Origin: Candidatus Helarchaeota archaeon
Lineage (GTDB): Archaea > Asgardarchaeota > Lokiarchaeia > Helarchaeales > RDOG01
Length of the DNA: 64,000 nucleotides
NCBI GenBank assembly: GCA_019058315.1
Contig: JAHPZH010000003.1
Location: 684,451 to 748,450, forward strand
Reading direction: 5' to 3'
In this document: positions 32,463 to 42,400 of the stretch, piece after piece
How the letters are laid out: each line of letters opens with the position of its first letter
Position numbering within the stretch: position 1 is the stretch's first letter
Notes under the pieces: model-generated
Seen by the model: only the letters and a program-made list of their open reading frames with translations
Databases searched by the model: none
Told to the model about the DNA's origin: nothing
Made by a program: the position numbers and the translations under genes

Positions 32463-33263
32463 TCATCTACATCTTGAACTTTGTCCTCCATCAACCGGAA
32501 GAATGACTGATGTAATAAATTTTGCTTCGTCAGATGCAAGGAAAAGTGCAGCATATGCTGAGTCCCATGCGTCTCCCATTCCGCCTTTTAATGGGACTAA
32601 TTTATTCCTCATTTTGATTATATCTTTTTTAGGTATCTTCGTTTCTCTCACAAATCCTTCGACAGCCATTGGTGTATTCATTAGACCGAGCATAATAGCA
32701 TTCACACGTATACCTTGACCAGCATACTCCTGAGCTAATTGATGAGTTAAAGAATTAACTCCAGACTTTGAAATCTTATAAGCCACAAATGGTGCAGCAC
32801 AAACAGCCGCAATAGAAGAGGTATTTATAATACATCCACTTTCTTGTTTCGCCATAATTGGTAAAACATATTTACACGAGAGAAACATTCCTTTTAAGTT
32901 TACAGTAAAAATTTTATCCCAAGATTCTTCGCTCAAACTGACTAATCTCTTATCTCCTTCTCCTATACCAACATTATTTACGAGAATATCGATCCTTCCA
33001 TAAACCTCAACACATTTCTCAGCCATTCGCTTGCAATCATCTGCTTTCGTAATATCAGCTTTAAAAATAAAAGATTCTCCACCTTCTTTATCGATCATCT
33101 CTTTTGTTTCTTTGGCAAGATCGGGATTAATATCAACCAGCATTACTTTTGCACCCTCACGGGCGAAAAGTATCGATATAGCTCTTCCATTTCCAATAGT
33201 ATCTCCGGGCTGTTGCCCTGCTCCGACAACTATAGCAACTTTATCTTTTAAACGATTTACCAT
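32463..33263 (-). CDS. Short-chain dehydrogenase/reductase
   Basis: GAG...IG, LVNNVG, YKISK, VDGG. Confidence 0.92.
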   Translation of the reverse strand: MVNRLKDKVAIVVGAGQQPGDTIGNGRAISILFAREGAKVMLVDINPDLAKETKEMIDKEGGESFIFKADITKADDCKRMAEKCVEVYGRIDILVNNVGIGEGDKRLVSLSEESWDKIFTVNLKGMFLSCKYVLPIMAKQESGCIINTSSIAAVCAAPFVAYKISKSGVNSLTHQLAQEYAGQGIRVNAIMLGLMNTPMAVEGFVRETKIPKKDIIKMRNKLVPLKGGMGDAWDSAYAALFLASDEAKFITSVILPVDGGQSSRCR

Positions 33264-33329
33264 TTTAGTCCTCCTTTATTTTTTTTATAATAATTATTGT
33301 ATATTGTTAAAAAAAAAGATTAATAGATT

Positions 33330-34838
33330 TTACTCGCTTTTTTTGTAGATAATTATAAGAACGATTGCAGCTATTATTGCTATTATTATTATAATAGGGA
33401 TTGCCCAAATCAATGTATCAGGTCCGGAAATCATTAATAACACTAATGGTAATAGATCAGTTGATTTACTAGGTCCTGAAAAAGATGCATACATTATTTC
33501 TTGATCATTTCCCCATTCACCGTCTGTTCCATCTTCCCACACAACATGTATTTTTCCATTAGGTTCAATAGCAATTTTAGAATCATAACTGTCACCGTCA
33601 TTCCAACCATAAAAGTCAGATATACAAGTTACATTAGTCCATTTCGTTCCAGTATATTTTACGTACATTATTTCTTCATCAGAACCCCATTCACCGTCAG
33701 TAGCTTCATTCCACGTTACATGTAAGATTCCTTGGTTATCTATTGCTATATCAGGAAAATCACTACTCATATCATTCCACCCAGTACTATCATCTGAGAT
33801 AACCGTTGCATTGGACCAGCCCGTAGCAGTATAGCTTGCATACATTATTTCTGTATCTGTTCCCCATTCAGTATCAGTATAATCATACCAAACAACATGA
33901 ACATTTCCATTATTATCAGTGGCAACTTTAGGTCTGTAGCTAGAACCATCATTCCATCCGTATAAATCGGAAATACAAGTTGCATTGGACCAACCTGAGG
34001 CGGTTCGATTTGCATACATTATTTCTGCGTCTGATCCCCATTCACCATTTGTAAGATCATGCCAAACTACATGTAAATATTCATTATTATCAATAGCAAT
34101 GATTGGGAAACGACTAGCACCATCATTCCACAAAGTATAATCATCTGAAATACAAGTTGCATTGGACCAACCAGTGGTAGTACAATTTGCATAAAATATT
34201 TCTTCATCTGTTTCCCATTCACCATCTGTATAATCATACCAGACTACATGTATTACACCATTATTATCTATAGCAATGTCGGGATTATAACTATCATCGT
34301 TATTCCATCCAGTATTATCATCTGAAATTACAGTTGCATTGGACCAACCTGTAGCAGTTCGATTTGCATACATAATTTCTTGGTCTGTTCCCCATTCACC
34401 AGGTGTATCATCATTCCAGACTACATGCAGATTTCCATTATTATCTAAATCAATTCTAGGGTTCTCACTAGAACCATTATTCCATCCATAAATATCCGAA
34501 ATACAAGTTGCATTAGACCAACCAGTGTTAGTATAATTTGCATAAAATATTTCTTCATCTGTTCCCCATTCACCAACTGTCCAATCATACCATACTACAT
34601 GTATATATCCATTTTTATCAACGACAATATCTGAATAATAGCTATTATCGTTGTTCCATCCAGTACTATCATCAGAAATCACAGTTGCATTGGACCAATT
34701 AGAAGTATTTAATGGAAAATTTTTATTATCGAGTGGAATAGACATCAAATTATTAAAAGAATTATTTGTTAGTACACTGAATATTGATAAAACTAGTATT
34801 TGAGATGTCAAAATATATATTAATATTTTTTTATTAAT
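33330..34838 (-). CDS. Membrane-anchored 7-blade propeller surface protein (likely ATT start at 34838)
   Basis: Seven WSNAT.ISD repeats homologous to those in 23252-27010; C-terminal TM; frame open to ATT 9 nt after GGAG, which completes a signal peptide (INKKILIYIL...). Confidence 0.8.
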   Translation of the reverse strand: MNKKILIYILTSQILVLSIFSVLTNNSFNNLMSIPLDNKNFPLNTSNWSNATVISDDSTGWNNDNSYYSDIVVDKNGYIHVVWYDWTVGEWGTDEEIFYANYTNTGWSNATCISDIYGWNNGSSENPRIDLDNNGNLHVVWNDDTPGEWGTDQEIMYANRTATGWSNATVISDDNTGWNNDDSYNPDIAIDNNGVIHVVWYDYTDGEWETDEEIFYANCTTTGWSNATCISDDYTLWNDGASRFPIIAIDNNEYLHVVWHDLTNGEWGSDAEIMYANRTASGWSNATCISDLYGWNDGSSYRPKVATDNNGNVHVVWYDYTDTEWGTDTEIMYASYTATGWSNATVISDDSTGWNDMSSDFPDIAIDNQGILHVTWNEATDGEWGSDEEIMYVKYTGTKWTNVTCISDFYGWNDGDSYDSKIAIEPNGKIHVVWEDGTDGEWGNDQEIMYASFSGPSKSTDLLPLVLLMISGPDTLIWAIPIIIIIAIIAAIVLIIIYKKSE

Positions 34839-34980
34839 TTTAAAAAACTCCTTTTATTTTAGATTTAAAATTTAAAATATATCATTTTAAATTAATTATG
34901 TTATACCTATTTTTAAAAGAATATTTATATTTCCAATTAAAGTTGTGATTCACCGTCAATAAATTAATGGAAATATAACT

Positions 34981-36210
34981 TTGGATAGAAATATAAAAAC
35001 TTTTTACATTAGGCAATTTTTTCATAACTTATGGTTCATCGTTCCTGTTCTTGTAAGTTTTTACAATGAACTGGGATTAACCTTTGGTCAAGTATTATTA
35101 TTACAATCTGTTTCAGCAATATCAGCCATTGTATTTAGTGTTCCATCTGGTTTATTAGCTGACAGAATCGGTCGCAAAAAAGTTCTTTTATTAGGTATAT
35201 TTTTACTTAACATCTTCATGTTTTTTTATTTATTTGTGGTCAATTTCTTTGAATTTGTAATTCTCGATATTATTTATGGAGCGTCTCTCGCTTTAATCTC
35301 TGCAGAGTTTCCTTTAGTTTCTGATACGTTAGTAGAAATTGACAAAGAAGAAATAACTACAAAAGTTTTTTCAAACGGAAACACAATCTTAATCCTTTCA
35401 TTTATGGCAAGCAATATAGCTCTAATATTTTTAATTGATTATGGATATCGATTTACAATTCTATGTTCCCTCATAGCATTTATCATAAGTTTTTTTATAG
35501 CTTTATTAGGTTTCAGAGAACCTAGAATTAAACATAGAGAAAAGGAACAAACTAAAAATTTCAGATTTCATTTAGGAAAAATGAATGAATACTGTAGGAA
35601 AGATCATTTCTTATTGTATTTAATAATTATTGGTTCAGTGTATCTTTCTATTTCATATTTAGCTTTTTGGGTCGTGCAACCATATTATACAGAATGCAAC
35701 TTGCCAATAGAATCGTTTGGGTTATTATTTGCAATAACTAATATGACTGAATTAATAGCTACTTACTTATCCTATAGAATCGAAAAGAAATTAGGAAAAA
35801 AAGCCACACTTTTAATTATTAATCTATTATTTCTTCTCGCTTTTTTAGGCATGAGCTTCATTTTCAATATTTTTGGATTAATTTTTGTTATTTTAAGACA
35901 AATTGGAAATGCTTTTGCGGTTCCAATATTTAATGCATATATAAGTGAAGAGATTACATATATGGAAAAATTAGAAAATGAAGATATTCCCTCCAGTAAA
36001 GCTACTATATATAGTGTTTATGCAATGTTAAACAATTTGATATTCTCAGTAGTATCTCCAATAACTGGATTTTTAGCAGATACAATATCCTTATCTTTTA
36101 CTCTAGTAATATTATTCCTTACGCTTTTTATATCACTAATTATTAATTTAATTCTATTAAGTAGACTGAGAATTATAAATAATAATGAATTAACCAAAAA
36201 ACTTTCATAA
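34981..36210 (+). CDS. MFS transporter
   Basis: PSGLLADRIGRKK motif A; ~12 TM helices. Confidence 0.9.
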   Translation: MDRNIKTFYIRQFFHNLWFIVPVLVSFYNELGLTFGQVLLLQSVSAISAIVFSVPSGLLADRIGRKKVLLLGIFLLNIFMFFYLFVVNFFEFVILDIIYGASLALISAEFPLVSDTLVEIDKEEITTKVFSNGNTILILSFMASNIALIFLIDYGYRFTILCSLIAFIISFFIALLGFREPRIKHREKEQTKNFRFHLGKMNEYCRKDHFLLYLIIIGSVYLSISYLAFWVVQPYYTECNLPIESFGLLFAITNMTELIATYLSYRIEKKLGKKATLLIINLLFLLAFLGMSFIFNIFGLIFVILRQIGNAFAVPIFNAYISEEITYMEKLENEDIPSSKATIYSVYAMLNNLIFSVVSPITGFLADTISLSFTLVILFLTLFISLIINLILLSRLRIINNNELTKKLS

Positions 36211-36242
36211 AAATATAAAATAGAAAAAATAGAAAATTAATC

Positions 36243-36575
36243 TTATACTGGGGGTTCTTTTCGGAATAATAACTTATACCAGAACCGTCTACCGTCTTTG
36301 GCGGTGACTGCTACAACAGTAGCTACTCCAAAAATTGCTGTAATGATAACTCCAATTAACAGAATTCTAAGGCCGTCAGATGGTAAATTCGTAAAGAATC
36401 CCAGAACACCTCCGGATCCCCAAACTAAATTAATTAGATCATCAAATGGATCGGCTGTAGCTGAATCCACAACAGCCCAAAGGGCACCAATAATTACAAG
36501 AACGATAAGAAATGGAACTAAAAAAACACAAGCTTCTTCAAAAACTCTTTGAATTTTCTCCACAGTATCCGTCAA
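36243..36575 (-). CDS. Small membrane protein
   Basis: Two hydrophobic helices. Confidence 0.6.
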   Translation of the reverse strand: MTDTVEKIQRVFEEACVFLVPFLIVLVIIGALWAVVDSATADPFDDLINLVWGSGGVLGFFTNLPSDGLRILLIGVIITAIFGVATVVAVTAKDGRRFWYKLLFRKEPPV

Positions 36576-36716
36576 AGCCTTTCACCAAAAATAAAAATAT
36601 TCGCTATAACAATTATCTATATTTATTATAATATAAAGTTTTATACTTTCCGTATTGATAATTTTTGTCGGAAATCAACGATTAGTAATATAAGAAACGA
36701 TAGGGGTAATAATTCT

Positions 36717-37322
36717 TTATATTTTTATTTCAAATTTATTAAGTTCCGATTTTAAATTTAAGTTCGAATTAAATAAAATCGTATTAATACCTAATTTTTC
36801 AGCTCCTAAGCAAAAACTTTTAACATCATCGATAAATAGACATTCCTCTGGTGTCAGTTTATATCTTTGAATTAAAATTTCATAAATTTCTTTTTCAGGT
36901 TTAATTACATTTTCTTTATATGATATCACCATACCATCAAAGACTTTAAAGAAATCAAATAACGAGTAAACATATTCAAATGCTTCTTTGACAAAATTTG
37001 AGAGTGCATAGGTATTATATCCGTTTAATTTTAATTCTTTTAATATTTCAATAGTATTTTGAATAGGTGCAAATAATTCTTTCCAATTATCGAAAAAATG
37101 ATTCAGTAATTCTTCTTCTTCGGGATGTTCTTTTAAAAAAATTTCTCTAGCTTTTGGAATAGATATCGTTCCTCGATCTAATTTTAACCAAGTTTTGCTA
37201 CTTGTCACCTTTGAAATAAATCCAATAATTCGTTCTTCATCTTGAGTAATTTGTGAGAGGAGCTCTTTCGGTCTAAAAGTCAGTAATACATTTCCTATAT
37301 CAAAAACTATATTTTTAATCAA
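36717..37322 (-). CDS. HAD family phosphatase (YihX-like)
   Basis: FDIGNVL, LSN, KPE, FIDD. Confidence 0.9.
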   Translation of the reverse strand: MIKNIVFDIGNVLLTFRPKELLSQITQDEERIIGFISKVTSSKTWLKLDRGTISIPKAREIFLKEHPEEEELLNHFFDNWKELFAPIQNTIEILKELKLNGYNTYALSNFVKEAFEYVYSLFDFFKVFDGMVISYKENVIKPEKEIYEILIQRYKLTPEECLFIDDVKSFCLGAEKLGINTILFNSNLNLKSELNKFEIKI

Positions 37323-37435
37323 ATTTCTCTTCCTTTTATTTCGCTAATAAAATTCTTTTTATCAAATTTTAAACAATTATTCTTAAATTAAAGAATTGTT
37401 CCTTAAAAAACAGATTACTTTTCAAGGTTTCAAAT

Positions 37436-37705
37436 ATGTCAGACATCGACCATTTCAAACTCCTTTTTAAACCAAAGAATGTTGCTGTAGTAGGTGCCAC
37501 AGCAAATGAAACAAAAGTTGGGGCAATGGTAGTAAGTAATATCAAAGCATGTGGGTATAAAAATGAAATTTTTTGTGTAAATCCAAGTGAGAAATATAAA
37601 AGTAAAAAAATTTTTGGTTTGAAAGTATATCCGAATTTAAAGAGTATTCCAGAACAGGTTGATCTTGCAACTATTGTTGTTCCTCCAGACCTTGTTGTTC
37701 ATAGT
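37436..37705 (+). pseudogene. Interrupted ADP-forming acyl-CoA synthetase (N-terminal CoA-binding domain only)
   Basis: LFKPKNVAVVGA...VNP...GLKVYPNLKSIPEQVDLATIVVP, then runs into the element-end hairpin at 37706; remainder not in the window. Confidence 0.85.
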
Positions 37706-37900
37706 ATGAACTACCATTCAGCAAGCTGAATGGTATTCGTCCCGAATTTGTCATCATACTCCTTGCGGAGTCGGAGGGACTGGCTGGTCCACGCAGCCCT
37801 TTGCCGAACATCTCAGAGACCTCTTGATGTAAGGCACTGTGTCAAAGTTCGTGAATTGTCGGGAGACTTTGCCCCGCTTTTATCCGTATTAAAGGCACCA
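37706..37900 (-). ncRNA. TnpB omegaRNA/reRNA scaffold and right end (5' boundary approximate)
   Basis: GC-rich tract after/overlapping the tnpB 3' end, ending on - in GAATACCATTCAGC-TT-GCTGAATGGTAGTTCAT, the IS200/IS605-type terminal hairpin + GTAGTTCA signature. Confidence 0.75.
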
Positions 37901-39216
37901 TTAAGCATGGCGGAGGCTGATAAATCCACATTATCCGCTGCCAACAATCTCACCTTCCGAACCATCGGAAAGTTCTTAACTGAAGGCACTTTTTTAAACT
38001 TTGACAGCAAATTTATATATCCTATTATTGTTTTTAACCCATTATTTATCTTATAAGCACCACTATACAAATCGATGAGCCCCTTTAGTGCAATGTTCAA
38101 TGAAGCATTTCTATCCCTATGATCGACATGACCACAATTGCTGCATTTAAACAATCTCTTATGTTTATGGGATTCTTTTTTAGTTTGGCAGAGCACACAG
38201 TTCTGGGAAGTATAGTGGGGACTCACGGCATAATTTGGATACCCGCGTATGAATGCTTTATACGTAATAAAATCTTGCAATTTTTTAAAACCCCAATGAT
38301 GGTACTTCAAATTATTCTTTTTACCCCAGTTTATATTATCCATAATATTTGTAAGATCTTCGAAAATAACCACAGGGTTTTGAAACTTCGAAATCCACTT
38401 AACTGCTACTTTGCTTGCGAGATGAAGGACATGATTTGTGATTTTTTGCTGCTTTCGCCCTATTTTTTTTATCATTGATTTATTGTTAACTTTTTGTAAT
38501 CTTTTTCGTATCTTAAAAAATTTATACCGTTGATAGACAAGGGGTGAAAAATCGATTATAAGTGATCCTAACACAACACCTCTGACATTCACGGCACTTA
38601 AAGCTACATTAGTCGTATTATTATCAATACCGATAAAAGTGTGATCCGTAGAACCATCAAATATCGGTTTTTTTCCTAAGTCCATATTAACAATCAAATA
38701 ATATTTTTTACCAATTTTCTTCAAATTTGCAGCCCCAAATTTTAGGGCTTCTGCAAGTCCCAGCTCGACTAATTTCATATGTCGCTCTGAACCTATAAAT
38801 TCCAAGATCAACCTTTCGTCCTTTCTCACACTAATTCTAACGCGATTTTTCGCTAAAATCTTATATCCTTCTTTATAATTGAGACGGGAAGTCATTAACC
38901 CATTCACAAGACTCGGTGGGCTTGCTCGTGGGTCCGTTTTTCGCTTTGCTAAATACGATTTTATCGATTCGCTAGTCACATCCCGGCAACATTGCCTAGT
39001 ATTTGCCAATATATTCGTTTTTACTTGACATTTCTCAAGAAAAGTTTTAGAATATCGACCGAGCTTGTTCCAATGCTCCAGATATTGGTTGTAGACCGCT
39101 CCAAACTCTCTCATAAGATCGTCCAATTGGTTTTTCACCTTTTTCGAGGTAACCAAAAGCTTGAATTTCAGCGCAATTATTAGGTTATCTTTTTTATTTT
39201 TACTATTCCATGGCAT
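37813..39216 (-). CDS. tnpB: RNA-guided endonuclease TnpB (Cas12f-like), catalytic triad intact
   Basis: RuvC-I FIGIDNN, RuvC-II IFEDL, YTSQNCVLC...CSNC Zn finger, RuvC-III HRDRNASLNI. Confidence 0.93.
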   Translation of the reverse strand: MPWNSKNKKDNLIIALKFKLLVTSKKVKNQLDDLMREFGAVYNQYLEHWNKLGRYSKTFLEKCQVKTNILANTRQCCRDVTSESIKSYLAKRKTDPRASPPSLVNGLMTSRLNYKEGYKILAKNRVRISVRKDERLILEFIGSERHMKLVELGLAEALKFGAANLKKIGKKYYLIVNMDLGKKPIFDGSTDHTFIGIDNNTTNVALSAVNVRGVVLGSLIIDFSPLVYQRYKFFKIRKRLQKVNNKSMIKKIGRKQQKITNHVLHLASKVAVKWISKFQNPVVIFEDLTNIMDNINWGKKNNLKYHHWGFKKLQDFITYKAFIRGYPNYAVSPHYTSQNCVLCQTKKESHKHKRLFKCSNCGHVDHRDRNASLNIALKGLIDLYSGAYKINNGLKTIIGYINLLSKFKKVPSVKNFPMVRKVRLLAADNVDLSASAMLNGAFNTDKSGAKSPDNSRTLTQCLTSRGL

Positions 39217-39497
39217 AACTTATTTATTATTCATTCATATATAAACCCCACTAATAATTTGGTTCAAAACAGACTTTTTCAAAACTTTATGACTATGAAC
39301 TTTAACATTCGCCGCTTTCCCCCGTTTCTCGACCTCATATCTGCTCTTAAATAAGCCTAGAGCCGGATTTGAGTCTAAAATCTTAAATTTATCATAAAGA
39401 AAAATGCATCAATTTTGCACTTTTTCGAAAGTGGTCTAAGAAAAAATTTAAATATTAGTCATCAAGCCCGACTACTACAAAATTTTTTCAAAAATTA

Positions 39498-42400
39498 ATG
39501 AAAATTTTGGAGTTGAAAAAGATGCCCGCAATGTCGTCATACTTTAATAAATTGAAATTACATCTAGAAAGGAATGATATTGAAGAAGATAAATTATATG
39601 AACATCAGAAAAGAGCTCACAAATTACTATTTGAGGGGTTTAATTTCTCAGCATTTGTTCCAACAGGTTTCGGAAAAACGGAAGACGCCCTTGCAGCTAT
39701 TGGACATGCCTTATATTGTAATTTGGTAGCGGTTTATCTTGTTCCCCGGGTGATGCTGCTCCACCAAAAAGCCAGACTATTGAAAACCTTCTTTAAGGGG
39801 GTAGCAAGGGTTATTGTCATCCAGGGGGATTTAAAACCTCATCCCAGGGAGTTGAAGGATCCATGGGGAAAGCTCATAATCGTAGCTACATTTGAAAGCT
39901 TCAGAGCTTTCCTATTTTCAGTCCAGAAAAGGCGATATTTTGATAGAAAAACGAATATCTTCGGTTCGGTAGTTATTGACGAAGTGCACATGCTCGGGGA
40001 TAGGACCCATGGACCTTCTCTTGAGACGATGCTGTATAAGTTGCACAAGGAACATGATTCTCAGTTTTGTTTTTTGAGTGGGAGTTTTGAAAAGAGCTCT
40101 GCTGATTGGTGGTGTAAAAGGTTCAACTGTAAATTAGAATACATGTCTCACGAAAGGGATTTTTATTGCTGGAATATTTACGCCGAGCAGTCTACTTTTA
40201 AATGGAAAGATGACAAGATCAAAGAATTATGCAATGAATTTTTAGAATTTCATATATCCCACGATATTCAGGATTTAGCAGAAATACGCCCCGGAAAGAT
40301 GGTGATTTTTATCAGTACTCGCAAAAGAACGGAAATTTATTGTAATAACGTTAAAAACTCCTTAGAATCGAGCAGACCGAACTATAAGGAACATTTTAAA
40401 TGCAGTTTTATTCATGCGGGCATGACATTGGAAGAAAGAAAACAAATTTTTGATGATTTTAACAGCGATAAAGGTGTTAGATTTCTTTTTTGTACAACAG
40501 TGATTGAAGTAGGTATCGATATAAAAAACATTGAAGTGGTCTTGATCGAAGATGCCCATAAATATTCAGCCATTAAAAGAACTCAAATGATTGGGAGGAT
40601 GAGGTTAAATCATGGAGTTGTCATAAATATGATTCCTCTATTTGCTAAACGCCGTTTTAAAAGATCTATCATATATGAGAAAACATATGCAGCGAAAAAG
40701 ATCTTACCTAGTGTAAATTTTGCACTGTTTAGCTGGTATTATTGGTTTTCTGGGAGAAAAAGAATATTTTGGAGTATAGAGTATCCTTCGGAAGAAAGTG
40801 AGAAAGATAGAACGATATTTCATTATTCTGATACAGAACCCATTAGAGGATATAAATTAGAAAAGATTACTAGCCGAATCGATCTTAGACATCTGCCTGA
40901 CCTAATCCTTGAATCGTTATTTCGAACCCAAAAGAGTTTATCACAAATAGAAGATCATTTAAAGAGCATAATGGGGGAGTATGTATTAGTAGATAGAAAT
41001 AAGAAAACGATCAAAAGGAAAATTCATGAATTCGTAGGTATGAAATATATAAGGTCTACTGGAAGCAAATTTAGTCTTACATATATTGGGGAGGCTATAG
41101 TGGAGGGACACTTACCATATTTTTTTGCTGATAGGATTCTAAGAACATTTGAGGTTTTTCCCGAGCTCCCTACTCGAGAAATAAAACTGTTAATTGGGGA
41201 ACTGGTCGCGATGAAAGAAGCTAGTTCCAAGAAGATGTGGGATGTAGAAATGTTCATTAAAAATTACAGTAAAGATCCGATTATATTTACCGAAAATCTT
41301 GAAAAATATAAAATTTTAAAAGGGGATGCGGAGGTTTATCGCCGTTGTGCTGCTTGGATAGCTAGCGCTATTTACCTACTCTATCGGGGATATCAATTTC
41401 ATAATTTTGTTGAAGAAATTCGAACTAACATCGAATGTATAAATTCTGTGTTGTTTTGGGCTAAATTTCATAGAAGAAACCTGGATTACCACCATGTGGC
41501 ACTAAAAGAGCCAAGGAAATTGTCTAAAAGAATTTGTAATAGAATAAATCGAATTATTAAAACGTTTCAAAAATCTGGGGTGAGGGTGAATCTGCAAAAA
41601 CCACCCATGTGGCCCTATCAGAAATATCATGATTCTAAAGGAGCTGCCGTTTTAAACAACAAGATTATTGAAGTATTAGGAGAATCTGATGATGAGGGAC
41701 TTACTATATTTGAAATGGCTCAAAAAATTAACTCTGACCCCGACTTCAAAAACACCCTTATTACAGAGTCCAGAATTGCAGGACGGTTGAAAAACAGCCT
41801 AGCATCACGGGTTGAGCGCATCAAGGTTTATACCAATACGGGGGCACCCCATTTTAGATATTACTTAAAGGGAAACCTGCCCGAGCAAAGCGAGTTCACA
41901 TGCGCAAATTGTAATAATTTTGAAAAAGACCCGGCTAAGCGAATTTCGACAGCGGGTACAGTTTATACCTGCCAAAAATTAGAGATGGCAGTAAACGCAA
42001 ATAACCCTTCGTGTGCTCATTTTGAGCCCTATGAAAATGAATCTAGGACGTTTGCTACTTTTCCATTCAAATGGAACATTGAAGTATGCCCCAAATGTAA
42101 TGCTAGAAAAACTATTAGAGTGCCTCAACATGGAGAAGCTACCATTTGTAAGCGCTGTAACGTCCTTGTTGAGCGAACGGACAACGGTACTTTTAGAGCG
42201 ACTACAAGGCATAAAGTCTCAGAAAATATTGTCCAAACTGACGATAAGGGGATGAAATATATTGAGACCGACCCGAATAAGAGGGTAGTTTATGTTCCAA
42301 CAGACCATACATTAACAACAGAATACATTCCCGAAGGAAATTATTATATAGTCAAAGTACGCGGACTTGGAATACGTTCTTTTTTAAAACAGGTCGCTGA

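Noticed and set aside
37730-38056. 108-aa + strand ORF (also 38119-38478 and 38992-39183)
   Set aside because: Antisense shadows of tnpB and its omegaRNA
37706-39300. Simple stand-alone IS200/IS605 insertion
   Set aside because: No tnpA, and the interrupted host gene does not resume after tnpB; not fully excluded if a later rearrangement occurred
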